From Candidatus Heimdallarchaeota archaeon (GTDB lineage Archaea > Asgardarchaeota > Heimdallarchaeia > Hodarchaeales > Hodarchaeaceae), in the NCBI GenBank assembly GCA_011364965.1, contig RDOB01000006.1, positions 32,001 to 96,000 on the forward strand: DNA of 64,000 nt, written 5' to 3'. Position numbers and translations under genes: made by a program. The notes beneath the pieces were generated by a model. It made no database searches and was not told the origin of the DNA. It saw only the letters and a list, made by a program, of their open reading frames with translations. Of this stretch, positions 29,672 through 38,207 are shown piece by piece (position 1 is the stretch's first letter; the number at the start of each line of letters is the position of its first letter).

Positions 29672-30102
29672 TTTATATCTTCCTTTTTAAAGGGTTTGTC
29701 ATCGTTTTAGTCTTCACTTTAGATCATAAAGAATAAGAGGATATACTATCTAGCCTCGTTTATAAAGATCAGTGAAATGTATAGAGATTATCTTATGTTT
29801 TTTTAAAGCTAATGGGAACATTATTCAGCAATTTCCAATTTCATTATCAATTAATGATTTAGAAATAATAAATCACTATTTGAAGGATATTGTAAACCCT
29901 TCGTTCTTTTTTAATAGCTAAATGAACATTTCACATTCATCAACCTTTTATTTCACTGAATTAGTGAACTAGTCCCAAACACTCAGCTCAATTGTTTAAA
30001 TACCTAACCGAATTATTGTCGGATTATTCTGTTCAACTGCTTTTGATCTAGCTTAAACGAAAATATTTCTAAATGTGCGAATTAGCTTTTAAATGAGTTT
30101 TA

Positions 30103-31056
30103 ATGTCACGAGTTTTAGCTATCACAGGTGTTGGGGGATATTTAGGTCAGAATTTGGCGTCATATATCCAATCAAGGACTGAGCTGTCTTTTGATTTAAT
30201 TATTGGATTTGACATTAAGAAATTAACCTCCTCTAGCAATGTTCCAATTAATTATTACCAATGTGATGTTAGGGAACCGTTTTCTCATATTCTTGAGGAA
30301 CACGGAGTTACAGATTTAGTGCATATGGCATGGGTGGTTAATCCTGTTCACAATGTGAGAAAGGCATTTGACATTGATATTAATGGCACGAAAAATACCC
30401 TTTATGAAGCATTAAAGGCTGGTGTTACTTATTTTTTACATACAAGTTCAACCCTGGGATATGGAGCTCATCCTGATAATCCCTATCCATTAACTGAAGA
30501 CCACCCCCTCAGAGGAAACTCAAAATTCCATTATTCGTATCATAAAAAGCTAGCAGAAGAAGTAATTGATGAATTTGAAAAAACAAATATTGGAAAAATG
30601 AAGATTGGAAGAGCACGTCCATCGGGTATCTTATCTTCTGAATTAAATAATTATATTACAGAAACCTTGAGCGGAGGATGGCGAACTCTATTTCTCCTTC
30701 CATATCCTGTGAGTAATACTCCAATTCAATTTTTACATATAAATGATGCCTTGAAAGGATTCGAAACAATGTTAAAATATCGGTTAGAAGGTCCTTATAA
30801 TATAACTCCAAATGAAGACATCCAAGTTGGTGATATTCCAAAAATTCTAGGTGGTCGAGGCATTAAAATATCATTATTTCTTCTGAAGATGCTCTTATTT
30901 TTCCAATGGAAGTTTCGTATATCTCATGCTCCCCCTGCTTATCTAGATTTTGTGGCCTATCCATTTGTAGCGTCTAATAAAAAAATCAAGAAATTTGGAT
31001 TTGACCCCAAATATTCAACAGTTGACGCATTTTTGACATTAAAACAGAAAAATTAA
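30103..31056 (+). CDS. NAD-dependent epimerase/dehydratase (extended SDR)
   Basis: ITGVGGYLG, HTSS and YSYHK (YxxxK) motifs. Confidence 0.9.
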   Translation: MSRVLAITGVGGYLGQNLASYIQSRTELSFDLIIGFDIKKLTSSSNVPINYYQCDVREPFSHILEEHGVTDLVHMAWVVNPVHNVRKAFDIDINGTKNTLYEALKAGVTYFLHTSSTLGYGAHPDNPYPLTEDHPLRGNSKFHYSYHKKLAEEVIDEFEKTNIGKMKIGRARPSGILSSELNNYITETLSGGWRTLFLLPYPVSNTPIQFLHINDALKGFETMLKYRLEGPYNITPNEDIQVGDIPKILGGRGIKISLFLLKMLLFFQWKFRISHAPPAYLDFVAYPFVASNKKIKKFGFDPKYSTVDAFLTLKQKN

Positions 31057-31820
31057 TGTGATTTAAGAAATGCGATAGTTTGTTTAAATAATTCATCTTT
31101 AAACTCTAAATTATTCATGATTGGATGAGTGGCTCCTTCAATATACCACTTCTTTTTATCAGATGAGTTAATTTTCTCATATATCTGTTCAGCGCTTCTT
31201 TGGCCGACCATCTCATCATTTGTACCTTGGATCAAAAATGTTGGACATGTAATTTTTGAAACAGCTATTTTTAAGCGTTTTAATCCTTCTACTACAGCTA
31301 AACCAACATCTGGTGGTATCCAATTATAACCAATCCAACCTTGTTCAATAAGATATTTTGGCGCAGGTGACTCAATTTTATTAGGGATTAATTTATTTAA
31401 TAAAGGAGTTTTAATCAACAGAGGTAAGAATTTTAGTAGTCGATTTTTTATATTCAAAGGAGCAGCCCAAGTTACAACAGCTCGAATTTCAGGGTATTCT
31501 GTAGCTAATAATAAAGTCAACAGTCCTCCCATACTGTGTCCAACCACATACAAAGTTTCATAGGAATTCGAGAGCTTTTCCAAACCTTTTTGTGCATCAT
31601 TCCACCAATCGGTGAATTTTATACCAAGTAAATCCTCAGGTTTCGTTCCAAAACCAGTTAATGCTGGGATATATACCGTCATATTAGTATCAGCATGCAA
31701 TTTTTGAGCAAATTCTTTAAGATCCCATGTGGTTCCGCCACCTGCACCATGTAAAAGTAAGCAACCTTGATCTGGCCCCTCAATAAATAATGGCTCTGCC
31801 CCAGTTAAATATTGCACCAA
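31053..31820 (-). CDS. Carboxylesterase/monoacylglycerol lipase-like alpha/beta hydrolase
   Basis: GAEP N-terminus, LLHG, GHSMGG, QGTND and catalytic His (ATH). Confidence 0.9.
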   Translation of the reverse strand: MVQYLTGAEPLFIEGPDQGCLLLHGAGGGTTWDLKEFAQKLHADTNMTVYIPALTGFGTKPEDLLGIKFTDWWNDAQKGLEKLSNSYETLYVVGHSMGGLLTLLLATEYPEIRAVVTWAAPLNIKNRLLKFLPLLIKTPLLNKLIPNKIESPAPKYLIEQGWIGYNWIPPDVGLAVVEGLKRLKIAVSKITCPTFLIQGTNDEMVGQRSAEQIYEKINSSDKKKWYIEGATHPIMNNLEFKDELFKQTIAFLKSH

Positions 31821-31865
31821 TTCAATCGAAATCCTTTGATTATTTCAATGACAAATCAAAATAAC

Positions 31866-32765
31866 TCATTGTTTCTTAATAAGTTCATCTAATATCCAAG
31901 TACCTACATCTTCAGATCTATGAATTGCAGGATAAAAAGGTAATTTCTCATCGAGTTTTGAGGAGGTTGTAAGATCAATGACTTTCACAACCTTCTTTAG
32001 GGTACTCACCCCTGGATATGCCATATGGTCACACTCAAATTCCTGCTGTTTAAAATTAGGAATTTTAGCGACTTCAGAGGAACTAAAAAGTGCGCTTTCC
32101 CTTGGTACTATCCTGTCATAAGTTGCTACTGCATTAATCCATCGAATATTAGGATTTAAAACAAGAGGTGTGTTAAGTCGTTGGATCAATTGACTCTTAT
32201 GCGTTAATTGGACAAATCCTAATCCTAAATCTGGGGGAATGTTCAGAGGTTCTTCTCGTTTATCCGCGAGTAACATATTTCTAATTGATTTGACTGTAGT
32301 CTCAATTTGAGATATATCTCCTGCCTCAACCCCATGATTAGGAACCGCGAGTAAAGCTATCCCATGGATCATTCTTTCAACTTTATTTAAGGGATAAGGA
32401 TGTTTAAAATGAGGACTTGTAAATACTCGTGCTATAATACCTCCCATGCTATGGGCTATAATAGTGATTCGTTGGTTTCGGGTTGTAAAAATATGATGAA
32501 CTGCTGTAAGTAATTCTTCGTGAGCTAATGTACTGATTTCACCCGAAACATCACTACTTAAATGCAGAGCCCAGCAATCATAACCTCGGTCTATGAAAAA
32601 AAATCCAAGAGACGCATCATCAGAAAACCATACACTAGCACTTGAACCAAAACCGTGAACGAATAAGATTGGGTGGCCAGTTCCTTGGGGTGTCCGATGG
32701 TACAACTTCGCTAGTCCTTGTTTCGTTTCAATCTCAAATATAATTTGTCTAATACTCATCTTCAA
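31866..32765 (-). CDS. Lipase-like alpha/beta hydrolase
   Basis: FVHGFG, AHSMGG, PNHG, YDRIV and DHM motifs. Confidence 0.85.
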   Translation of the reverse strand: MKMSIRQIIFEIETKQGLAKLYHRTPQGTGHPILFVHGFGSSASVWFSDDASLGFFFIDRGYDCWALHLSSDVSGEISTLAHEELLTAVHHIFTTRNQRITIIAHSMGGIIARVFTSPHFKHPYPLNKVERMIHGIALLAVPNHGVEAGDISQIETTVKSIRNMLLADKREEPLNIPPDLGLGFVQLTHKSQLIQRLNTPLVLNPNIRWINAVATYDRIVPRESALFSSSEVAKIPNFKQQEFECDHMAYPGVSTLKKVVKVIDLTTSSKLDEKLPFYPAIHRSEDVGTWILDELIKKQ

Positions 32766-32864
32766 TCCCTCTGAAGAATTAGTTTATTGGTATAAATGAA
32801 TGAAATGTATGTAAAAATCCTTTCATTGAAGGAAAGTCCCTCAAGACTCAAATTGTGTTTTATC

Positions 32865-33101
32865 CTAACTTGGTGAAATTGAGCTATTAGAGTTTTTTAA
32901 ACTGAAATTAGGTGGGATGTTAGGTAATTTAAATGGCAGAATCATAAATTTCATTGTTTTTTCAGATAAATGAATCTCTGCGTTGCATTGGGTGCATTTA
33001 AAATAATTAGTTAGATTACCAAATCTGCTTCTTCTCATTTGTCCATCTTCACAATCTGGGCAACTGAAAAATATTATATTATTTAATTCCGAAGCACACA
33101 T
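32865..33101 (-). CDS. Small zinc-ribbon protein
   Basis: CPDC...CTQC pair in a 78-aa ORF that fills the intergenic space. Confidence 0.6.
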   Translation of the reverse strand: MCASELNNIIFFSCPDCEDGQMRRSRFGNLTNYFKCTQCNAEIHLSEKTMKFMILPFKLPNIPPNFSLKNSNSSISPS

Positions 33102-33185
33102 AATGACTATTATTAGTAGATATTCCTTTATAAAGTTTCAGGTTTAACTTATGATAAATAATATGAAAGTAATGTGATATAAGAG

Positions 33186-33434
33186 ATGGTTCAACTAAAA
33201 CACGATAGATGTTCATATTGCGGAGGTGGTTATAAGTACTATATTCTAGCAAGCGAGTATGAAAACGAAGGACGATTCGTTTTAAAGTGTCCTTATTGCA
33301 TGAAAAGCCACTATAAAATAATAGAAGATGGAATATTACTTTCAGAACACCTAGCAAACAAATCTCTTAAAAATCTTCCCCCCAAGCAAATTGAAGCGAA
33401 AGCTTGGATGGAACTGAAGCTAAAGGACAAATGA
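33186..33434 (+). CDS. Small zinc-ribbon protein
   Basis: CSYC...CPYC pair in an 82-aa ORF. Confidence 0.7.
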   Translation: MVQLKHDRCSYCGGGYKYYILASEYENEGRFVLKCPYCMKSHYKIIEDGILLSEHLANKSLKNLPPKQIEAKAWMELKLKDK

Positions 33435-34079
33435 AACTCGATTCAAGGTTTCTTTTATTACTCTTAATGGTTCGGGTAATCTATATTGGAGTAAGGGAAG
33501 AATTAATTGTGTTGCTGTGACTAATGTGATTTTATGTCCTATTGAAATGCAAATACCTCTTTTCCGCCCTTTTTTTAGAAGATAATTGCCAATCATGTCA
33601 TTTCCATCATAGATAGGAAATACTTTAACCTCAGAAGACGATAATATTTCATTTGGGCTGCTATTTACTTGTCCCCATAAATTTTTTCTGGTAATTCCTA
33701 TAGTTGGCATGCTTACTTCTACTCCAACCTCTGACGCAAGACCAAAACGCCGTGGATGTTGAATTCCCGCCCCTTCAATCAATAATACGTCGAACTCCTC
33801 TTCAAAATGTTCAATTACTTTCAAGAGAATAGATTTATTTCTTAAGCTGAGATATGTAGGAAGATATTTGTAGGATGCTCGTTCGATAGGTGAAATCCAT
33901 GTTCTTATCGTCTTAAAAGTATTAAGAGACAAGAGAAGTCCTCCTGCAATCAAATCATGATCCAATGCTTTAATAGCAACGGTTAGAAGGAATTTAAACT
34001 CATCTGATTGATCGTTTGCAATAACTGATGTAGATCGTTTAATTTGTTTCTTATCTATTTTTTTTAAATCAAGATACAA
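33420..34079 (-). CDS. nfi: Endonuclease V homologue, catalytic residues substituted
   Basis: YLPTYLSLR, DVLLIEGAGIQHPRRFGLAS, PTIG, ISIGH and RLPEPLR motifs of the EndoV family. Confidence 0.85.
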   Translation of the reverse strand: MYLDLKKIDKKQIKRSTSVIANDQSDEFKFLLTVAIKALDHDLIAGGLLLSLNTFKTIRTWISPIERASYKYLPTYLSLRNKSILLKVIEHFEEEFDVLLIEGAGIQHPRRFGLASEVGVEVSMPTIGITRKNLWGQVNSSPNEILSSSEVKVFPIYDGNDMIGNYLLKKGRKRGICISIGHKITLVTATQLILPLLQYRLPEPLRVIKETLNRVSFVL

Positions 34080-34181
34080 TGGATTTCTTCCATAATTTTA
34101 GTGAAAACCTAGTTTAAAAATTACTCATAAGTATACGAAATCTTTAATGCGACTCCTATTATCTGGTGGAGCTTTAACTAT

Positions 34182-34220
34182 AAAAGAAAAAATAAAACAG
34201 GGACACATTATTGCCCTGTT
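34182..34220 (-). terminator. Hairpin plus U-tract terminator after the ferredoxin gene
   Basis: The minus strand reads AACAGGG-11 nt-CCCTGTT followed by TTATTTTTTCTTTT. Confidence 0.6.
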
Positions 34221-34251
34221 AGAAAGATGTTCTAAAGATTTTTTATGAAAT

Positions 34252-34482
34252 CTACCATGAGCAATGGTCTAAGATGGCATCATTTGGGCAAACACCATCG
34301 CACGCTGCACATTCTATGCAGGCACCGATATTATCAGCTTTTACCTTACCATCTACTATTTCATAACAGTTCTCGGGGCAGACATCAACACATTCGCCAG
34401 CCCCTGTACATAAATCTAAATCAATATCAACCCATAGGTCTGAATCTTCAAATCTTGTTTTCGCCACTACTAGCGTCTCCAA
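34252..34482 (-). CDS. Dicluster ferredoxin, probably 3Fe-4S/4Fe-4S
   Basis: CTGAGECVDVCP (second Cys replaced by Ala) and CIECAACDGVCP. Confidence 0.9.
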   Translation of the reverse strand: METLVVAKTRFEDSDLWVDIDLDLCTGAGECVDVCPENCYEIVDGKVKADNIGACIECAACDGVCPNDAILDHCSW

Positions 34483-34719
34483 TTCAGTCGGTTCAACCAG
34501 ATTATGGGAGAACGGGACTGAATCTCTACTTATCTATGGAATCATATAAGTTTTTTTCCCTAACCGTTCGTTTAAACCTCACTATAGAAAATCTCTCAGT
34601 TTTTCTCACCAAAACCAAATTTTGATGAATTGGGTTACGGGTCCGTCTGAAACAGTTTTTGATATTCCGTAATTGGGAGAGATATATTCATAAACCCTTT
34701 CTCTCATTAATGGAGTAAA

Positions 34720-35121
34720 GTGATTATTATGGTTGAAATACTTCGGAAATGTGTAAACGAATCGTTTGATGAAGCAGTAGAACATGTTAAAACAGTTATT
34801 GAGAATGAAGGATTTACTGTTCTTCTTGTTAAGTCCATTGATGAGATTATCCAAAAAAAACTTGGAGAAACGATTCAAAGATACACAACTATCTTGGCTT
34901 GTGCTGCGGATTTAGCGAAAATGGCACTAGAAGTCTCTGTAAATGTCGGTACGTTATTCCCGTGTTCATTTGTAATCTATGAGGATGGGAGTGAAGTCAT
35001 TGTTGCTCATGTTTCTATTATGAAAATAGCTGCTGAGCTGGGATTAGCTTCTCCTGAGAGTATGATCCCAGTTATTTTAGAGACAGGAAAACGCATACAA
35101 GCTGTTTGGCAGAAAATCTAG
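34720..35121 (+). CDS. DUF302 family protein
   Basis: GFTVL...ILAC...LFPCSFVIYE pattern and typical size. Confidence 0.8.
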   Translation: MIIMVEILRKCVNESFDEAVEHVKTVIENEGFTVLLVKSIDEIIQKKLGETIQRYTTILACAADLAKMALEVSVNVGTLFPCSFVIYEDGSEVIVAHVSIMKIAAELGLASPESMIPVILETGKRIQAVWQKI

Positions 35122-35732
35122 CAAGTGTTCAACTTATTATCAAGTAAATTATTAGAACAAATTTCAGTTTCAATAAACCAGTTATCTTGTCTAATTGTCT
35201 TAAATGCCATGTTAGTTAGTACAATCGTTGATAAGAGGGCTGGTACGCTTTTTAAACTTTTAATAAATATAATACAATCGTCAATCATAGATTGTAATGA
35301 ATCACCTTTCACTCCTATCCCCAGACAGGAATTTCTGTCCCCATCTTGGTTTAGCATTTTCAAAGCAGGTTCAAAGGTTATTACAATTCGATTCTCTACT
35401 ATTAAAGGGAATAAGGGATAAATTCGGCACCTCAGAGGTCGATTTTTATGAATAGTGCAATGAAATTGAGTTGATTCATTAAAAAAAATACATCTTTTAT
35501 TATTTCGTGAAACTTCAAATCTTCCATCCTTTATCTCATTTAATTGATGAAGGATATATCTGGGGAGAGGTGTGATCTCATTAGGAAGAAAGTAGGTATA
35601 GCTACAGCAATTAGTACATCCATCAATACACCGGAATTGTCCATAAAAGGATTCTAAGCTGAAATCTAACAAATAAGGTGAGTTTAAAGCGATTTTTAAT
35701 TCCTTAATCACATTTCTTTTGTTCTCAATCAC
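35118..35732 (-). CDS. YkgJ-family Cys-cluster (Fe-S/Zn) protein
   Basis: CIDGCTNCC, RCIFF and CTIHKNRPLRCRIYP motifs. Confidence 0.85.
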   Translation of the reverse strand: MIENKRNVIKELKIALNSPYLLDFSLESFYGQFRCIDGCTNCCSYTYFLPNEITPLPRYILHQLNEIKDGRFEVSRNNKRCIFFNESTQFHCTIHKNRPLRCRIYPLFPLIVENRIVITFEPALKMLNQDGDRNSCLGIGVKGDSLQSMIDDCIIFIKSLKSVPALLSTIVLTNMAFKTIRQDNWFIETEICSNNLLDNKLNTC

Positions 35733-35829
35733 TTTCTTTTTCTATCCTTCAATATTCATGATTTCTTCAAAGATATTGATTAATACAACTTTTAAGGATG
35801 TTTTGAGATGCTTGAAATGTGATCGATAG

Positions 35830-36405
35830 ATGGCTTTAGATATTACTATTCGTAATTACATTCCTGAAGATTGGTCCTCAGTGAAATTAATAATATTAGA
35901 ATCTGAGTATTACTCTCCAAAAGATGTGAAGAGCGAAAAGAAAAGAGTGGAGTTTTATTCGGCTGTACCTGAAAAAGGTAGAGTCTTTGTGGCTGTAATG
36001 AAAAAAGATCTAGGTTCAGAAGAAAAATTTCCTGAAAATCTAGAAACAAAGGCGGAACTAGCAGCGAAGGAAGTTGTCCTTGGATTTGTTACCGTTGATT
36101 TCTTTGGTCGTGGTATTTTCATTCTCTCATTAGCAGTTGCCGCAGAATATCGTAGAAGAGGTATTGGAAAAGCTTTAGTGGAGTATTTAAAGAAATTTGG
36201 GGTGGATGATGCTCAATTCAACATCTTACGAGGGTTTGCGGATGAACGTTTCATGAATGCTCATGCGTTCCTTCTAAAACAGGGATTTAAGACCTGTGGT
36301 TTTATACAACATGACTTAGATTGGAACCATTCTGCAATCCACTACGTTCTTCCACTTCGGAAATTAGATGAGATAGATTCAGAAACTCCAGTTATATCAG
36401 CTTGA
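35830..36405 (+). CDS. GNAT N-acetyltransferase
   Basis: LAVAAEYRRRGIGKAL acetyl-CoA motif and AFLLKQGF. Confidence 0.9.
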   Translation: MALDITIRNYIPEDWSSVKLIILESEYYSPKDVKSEKKRVEFYSAVPEKGRVFVAVMKKDLGSEEKFPENLETKAELAAKEVVLGFVTVDFFGRGIFILSLAVAAEYRRRGIGKALVEYLKKFGVDDAQFNILRGFADERFMNAHAFLLKQGFKTCGFIQHDLDWNHSAIHYVLPLRKLDEIDSETPVISA

Positions 36406-36969
36406 AATTCCTTCATTGTACTTGTTGTAAAAAGTGAATTCGGATAATTCCTTCCTTTTTGGTCGTACAATTTCAGCTTTTTTCTGTCCTTCACTAAAAT
36501 CTTCGGGGATTGTATCTGCTTTTTTCCCTACAATGACTAGTGTAATTAAATTGAAGTCGTCTGAAAGGTTTAAAACTTGTTTTGCTTTCTCAGGATCGTA
36601 TCCTGCAATGGGATGAGCAACTAATCCCAGCTCTGTCAATCTTAGAATTAAATGCGCGGTAGCCATTCCTGTATCAAACAAATAATATTCTCTCTCCTTA
36701 ATTTGACAATCAAGATCAGCTTTTGAGAATACTGCGACGATTAAGCTAGCTCTTTTTGCCCAAACTTGATTTCCTCTTGTTAAAGTAGAAATTAAATCCT
36801 TTAAAACGGTTGGATCAAATACAAATATAAATCTCGCAGGCTGATTGTTCATACAAGAAGCTGCTAATATTGCATGAGTTGAGATATCCTCTAATAATTT
36901 TTCTGTTATTTTTGTTGGCTTTAAAGAACGATAAGCTCGTCTAGCATGGATAGTTTCAGTTAAAGTCAT
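36397..36969 (-). CDS. Nitroreductase family protein
   Basis: IHARRAYR, ASCMNNQP, DTGMA and RPKRK motifs. Confidence 0.92.
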   Translation of the reverse strand: MTLTETIHARRAYRSLKPTKITEKLLEDISTHAILAASCMNNQPARFIFVFDPTVLKDLISTLTRGNQVWAKRASLIVAVFSKADLDCQIKEREYYLFDTGMATAHLILRLTELGLVAHPIAGYDPEKAKQVLNLSDDFNLITLVIVGKKADTIPEDFSEGQKKAEIVRPKRKELSEFTFYNKYNEGISS

Positions 36970-37102
36970 ATTTCAAATCCACCTCTGGATTTTTATTTCA
37001 TAATCAATAAACATTAGGGTTCTTATTTATTAATTAGGTGTTAAGTTTTCTATAATTAAAAATTCAATAAAGTTAAATGAAAAGAGGAGAAATTTTCTCC
37101 TT

Positions 37103-37348
37103 TCAATTACCCTTTGTTACCTTTTTTTGAAGTTTTGGGGTTTTCAAATCCTCTAAAAGATGTTGAAAGGCGAGAATAGGATGTTTATGCTGCATCTTGA
37201 GTCCAGCGTATCGCATAACAGCCTTTATTTGGTGTTACATATCTGGGTTATAACAATGAATTGAACATTTAGCACATGTAGTTTTAGTTTGGCCGTACGG
37301 ACATTTCTCCAACTGATGATTAGCAAATTTTAATAAATTCGGACAATC
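37103..37348 (-). pseudogene. 5'-truncated YgbA-family (nitrous oxide-stimulated promoter) remnant with an internal TAA
   Basis: Manual translation: DCPNLLKFANHQLEKCPYGQTKTTCAKCSIHCYNPDM*HQIKAVMRYAGLKMQHKHPILAFQHLLEDLK... This matches the YgbA pattern CPxG...C..C..HCY...MRxAG..M...HP. Stop at 37235-37237. Confidence 0.8.
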
Positions 37349-37350
37349 GA

Positions 37351-37767
37351 ATTGAGGGAAATATCATGATAACAGGATGTACAGATTCAGGTGGTTTTCC
37401 AATTCAATATTCATATTACTCAGAGAAAAATGGAAGTATTGATGGATTTTTTATGCAGGTATCAAAAACAGGTCAGCTGATATTCTCAAGTTATTTTGGA
37501 GGCCTTTCAAATGATTCTATCAGTGATCTAGCGTTTATTCTAAACAAACCTAATTCATTCTTATTAACAGGTCATAGTAGCTCTCGAAGTATCTCTTTAG
37601 TGAATCCAATACAGAATACATATGATGGAGGGGAATTTGATCTCTTTATATGCGAATTTACATGGATAACACCAGAATCCACTGAAGAAGTAAATTCATT
37701 TGGAATAATTCTAGCATTTTCAGGCCTCTTTATTTTTGTTCGAAATAGAAGTAAATTAAATAAATAG
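37351..37767 (+). pseudogene. C-terminal remnant of an SBBP-repeat beta-propeller surface protein with TM anchor
   Basis: EGNIMITGCTDSGGFP...IDGFF...GQLIFSSYFGG..ND and LLTGHSSS...GGEFDLFI blades. C-terminal NSFGIILAFSGLFIFVRNRSK anchor. No signal peptide and only about 2 blades. Confidence 0.7.
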
Positions 37768-37818
37768 ACTTATGAATAATGAATATTCGATTCTCAAGAA
37801 GATGAGATATATTCATTT

Positions 37819-38136
37819 TTGAAGTACGAAGGAATTTATATGGAAGAAAAGGAATCAATATTATATGTTATCTTATTGAGCGTTTCATTGCTTATAATGC
37901 CAAGCCCTCTAGGAAGGAATAGCCCATTATATGCGATTTCATTATTTTTGATTTTAGGGGCAATAACACTTTTATCAGCGGCAATGATTTTGATTGCTGC
38001 TAAAAATATTCCATTTTTCACTCCCTATATTCCGATTGGTCTCGGAGATAATGTAATTAAATTATTAGCTTGGATTGGAGTCATCGTAGTTGGCGTTTTG
38101 CAAATAATTATCAATTTCCTTGCATTAGCGAGTTAA
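37819..38136 (+). CDS. Small hypothetical membrane protein (about 3 TM)
   Basis: Three hydrophobic segments. Probable start MEEKE at 37840. Confidence 0.6.
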   Translation: MKYEGIYMEEKESILYVILLSVSLLIMPSPLGRNSPLYAISLFLILGAITLLSAAMILIAAKNIPFFTPYIPIGLGDNVIKLLAWIGVIVVGVLQIIINFLALAS

Positions 38137-38207
38137 ATTCACATTCCTTAAATCTGAATTCTATTTAATGCCCTTAGATTAAACTGAAATGACAAGTACA
38201 GTAATAT

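Noticed and set aside
33079-33357. 92-aa minus-strand ORF, and the 126-aa ORF at 34245-34625
   Set aside because: Both overlap better-supported Zn-ribbon and ferredoxin genes on the opposite strand and have no motifs.
37085-37101. Palindrome AGGAGAAA-T-TTTCTCCT just after the YgbA remnant
   Set aside because: A one-base loop cannot form a simple hairpin and there is only one copy. It could be an operator for the nitroreductase, but nothing supports this.
37235-37237. In-frame stop in the YgbA-like frame as a recoding event
   Set aside because: The stop is TAA, not TGA or TAG, and the gene is also 5'-truncated, so it is pseudogene decay.
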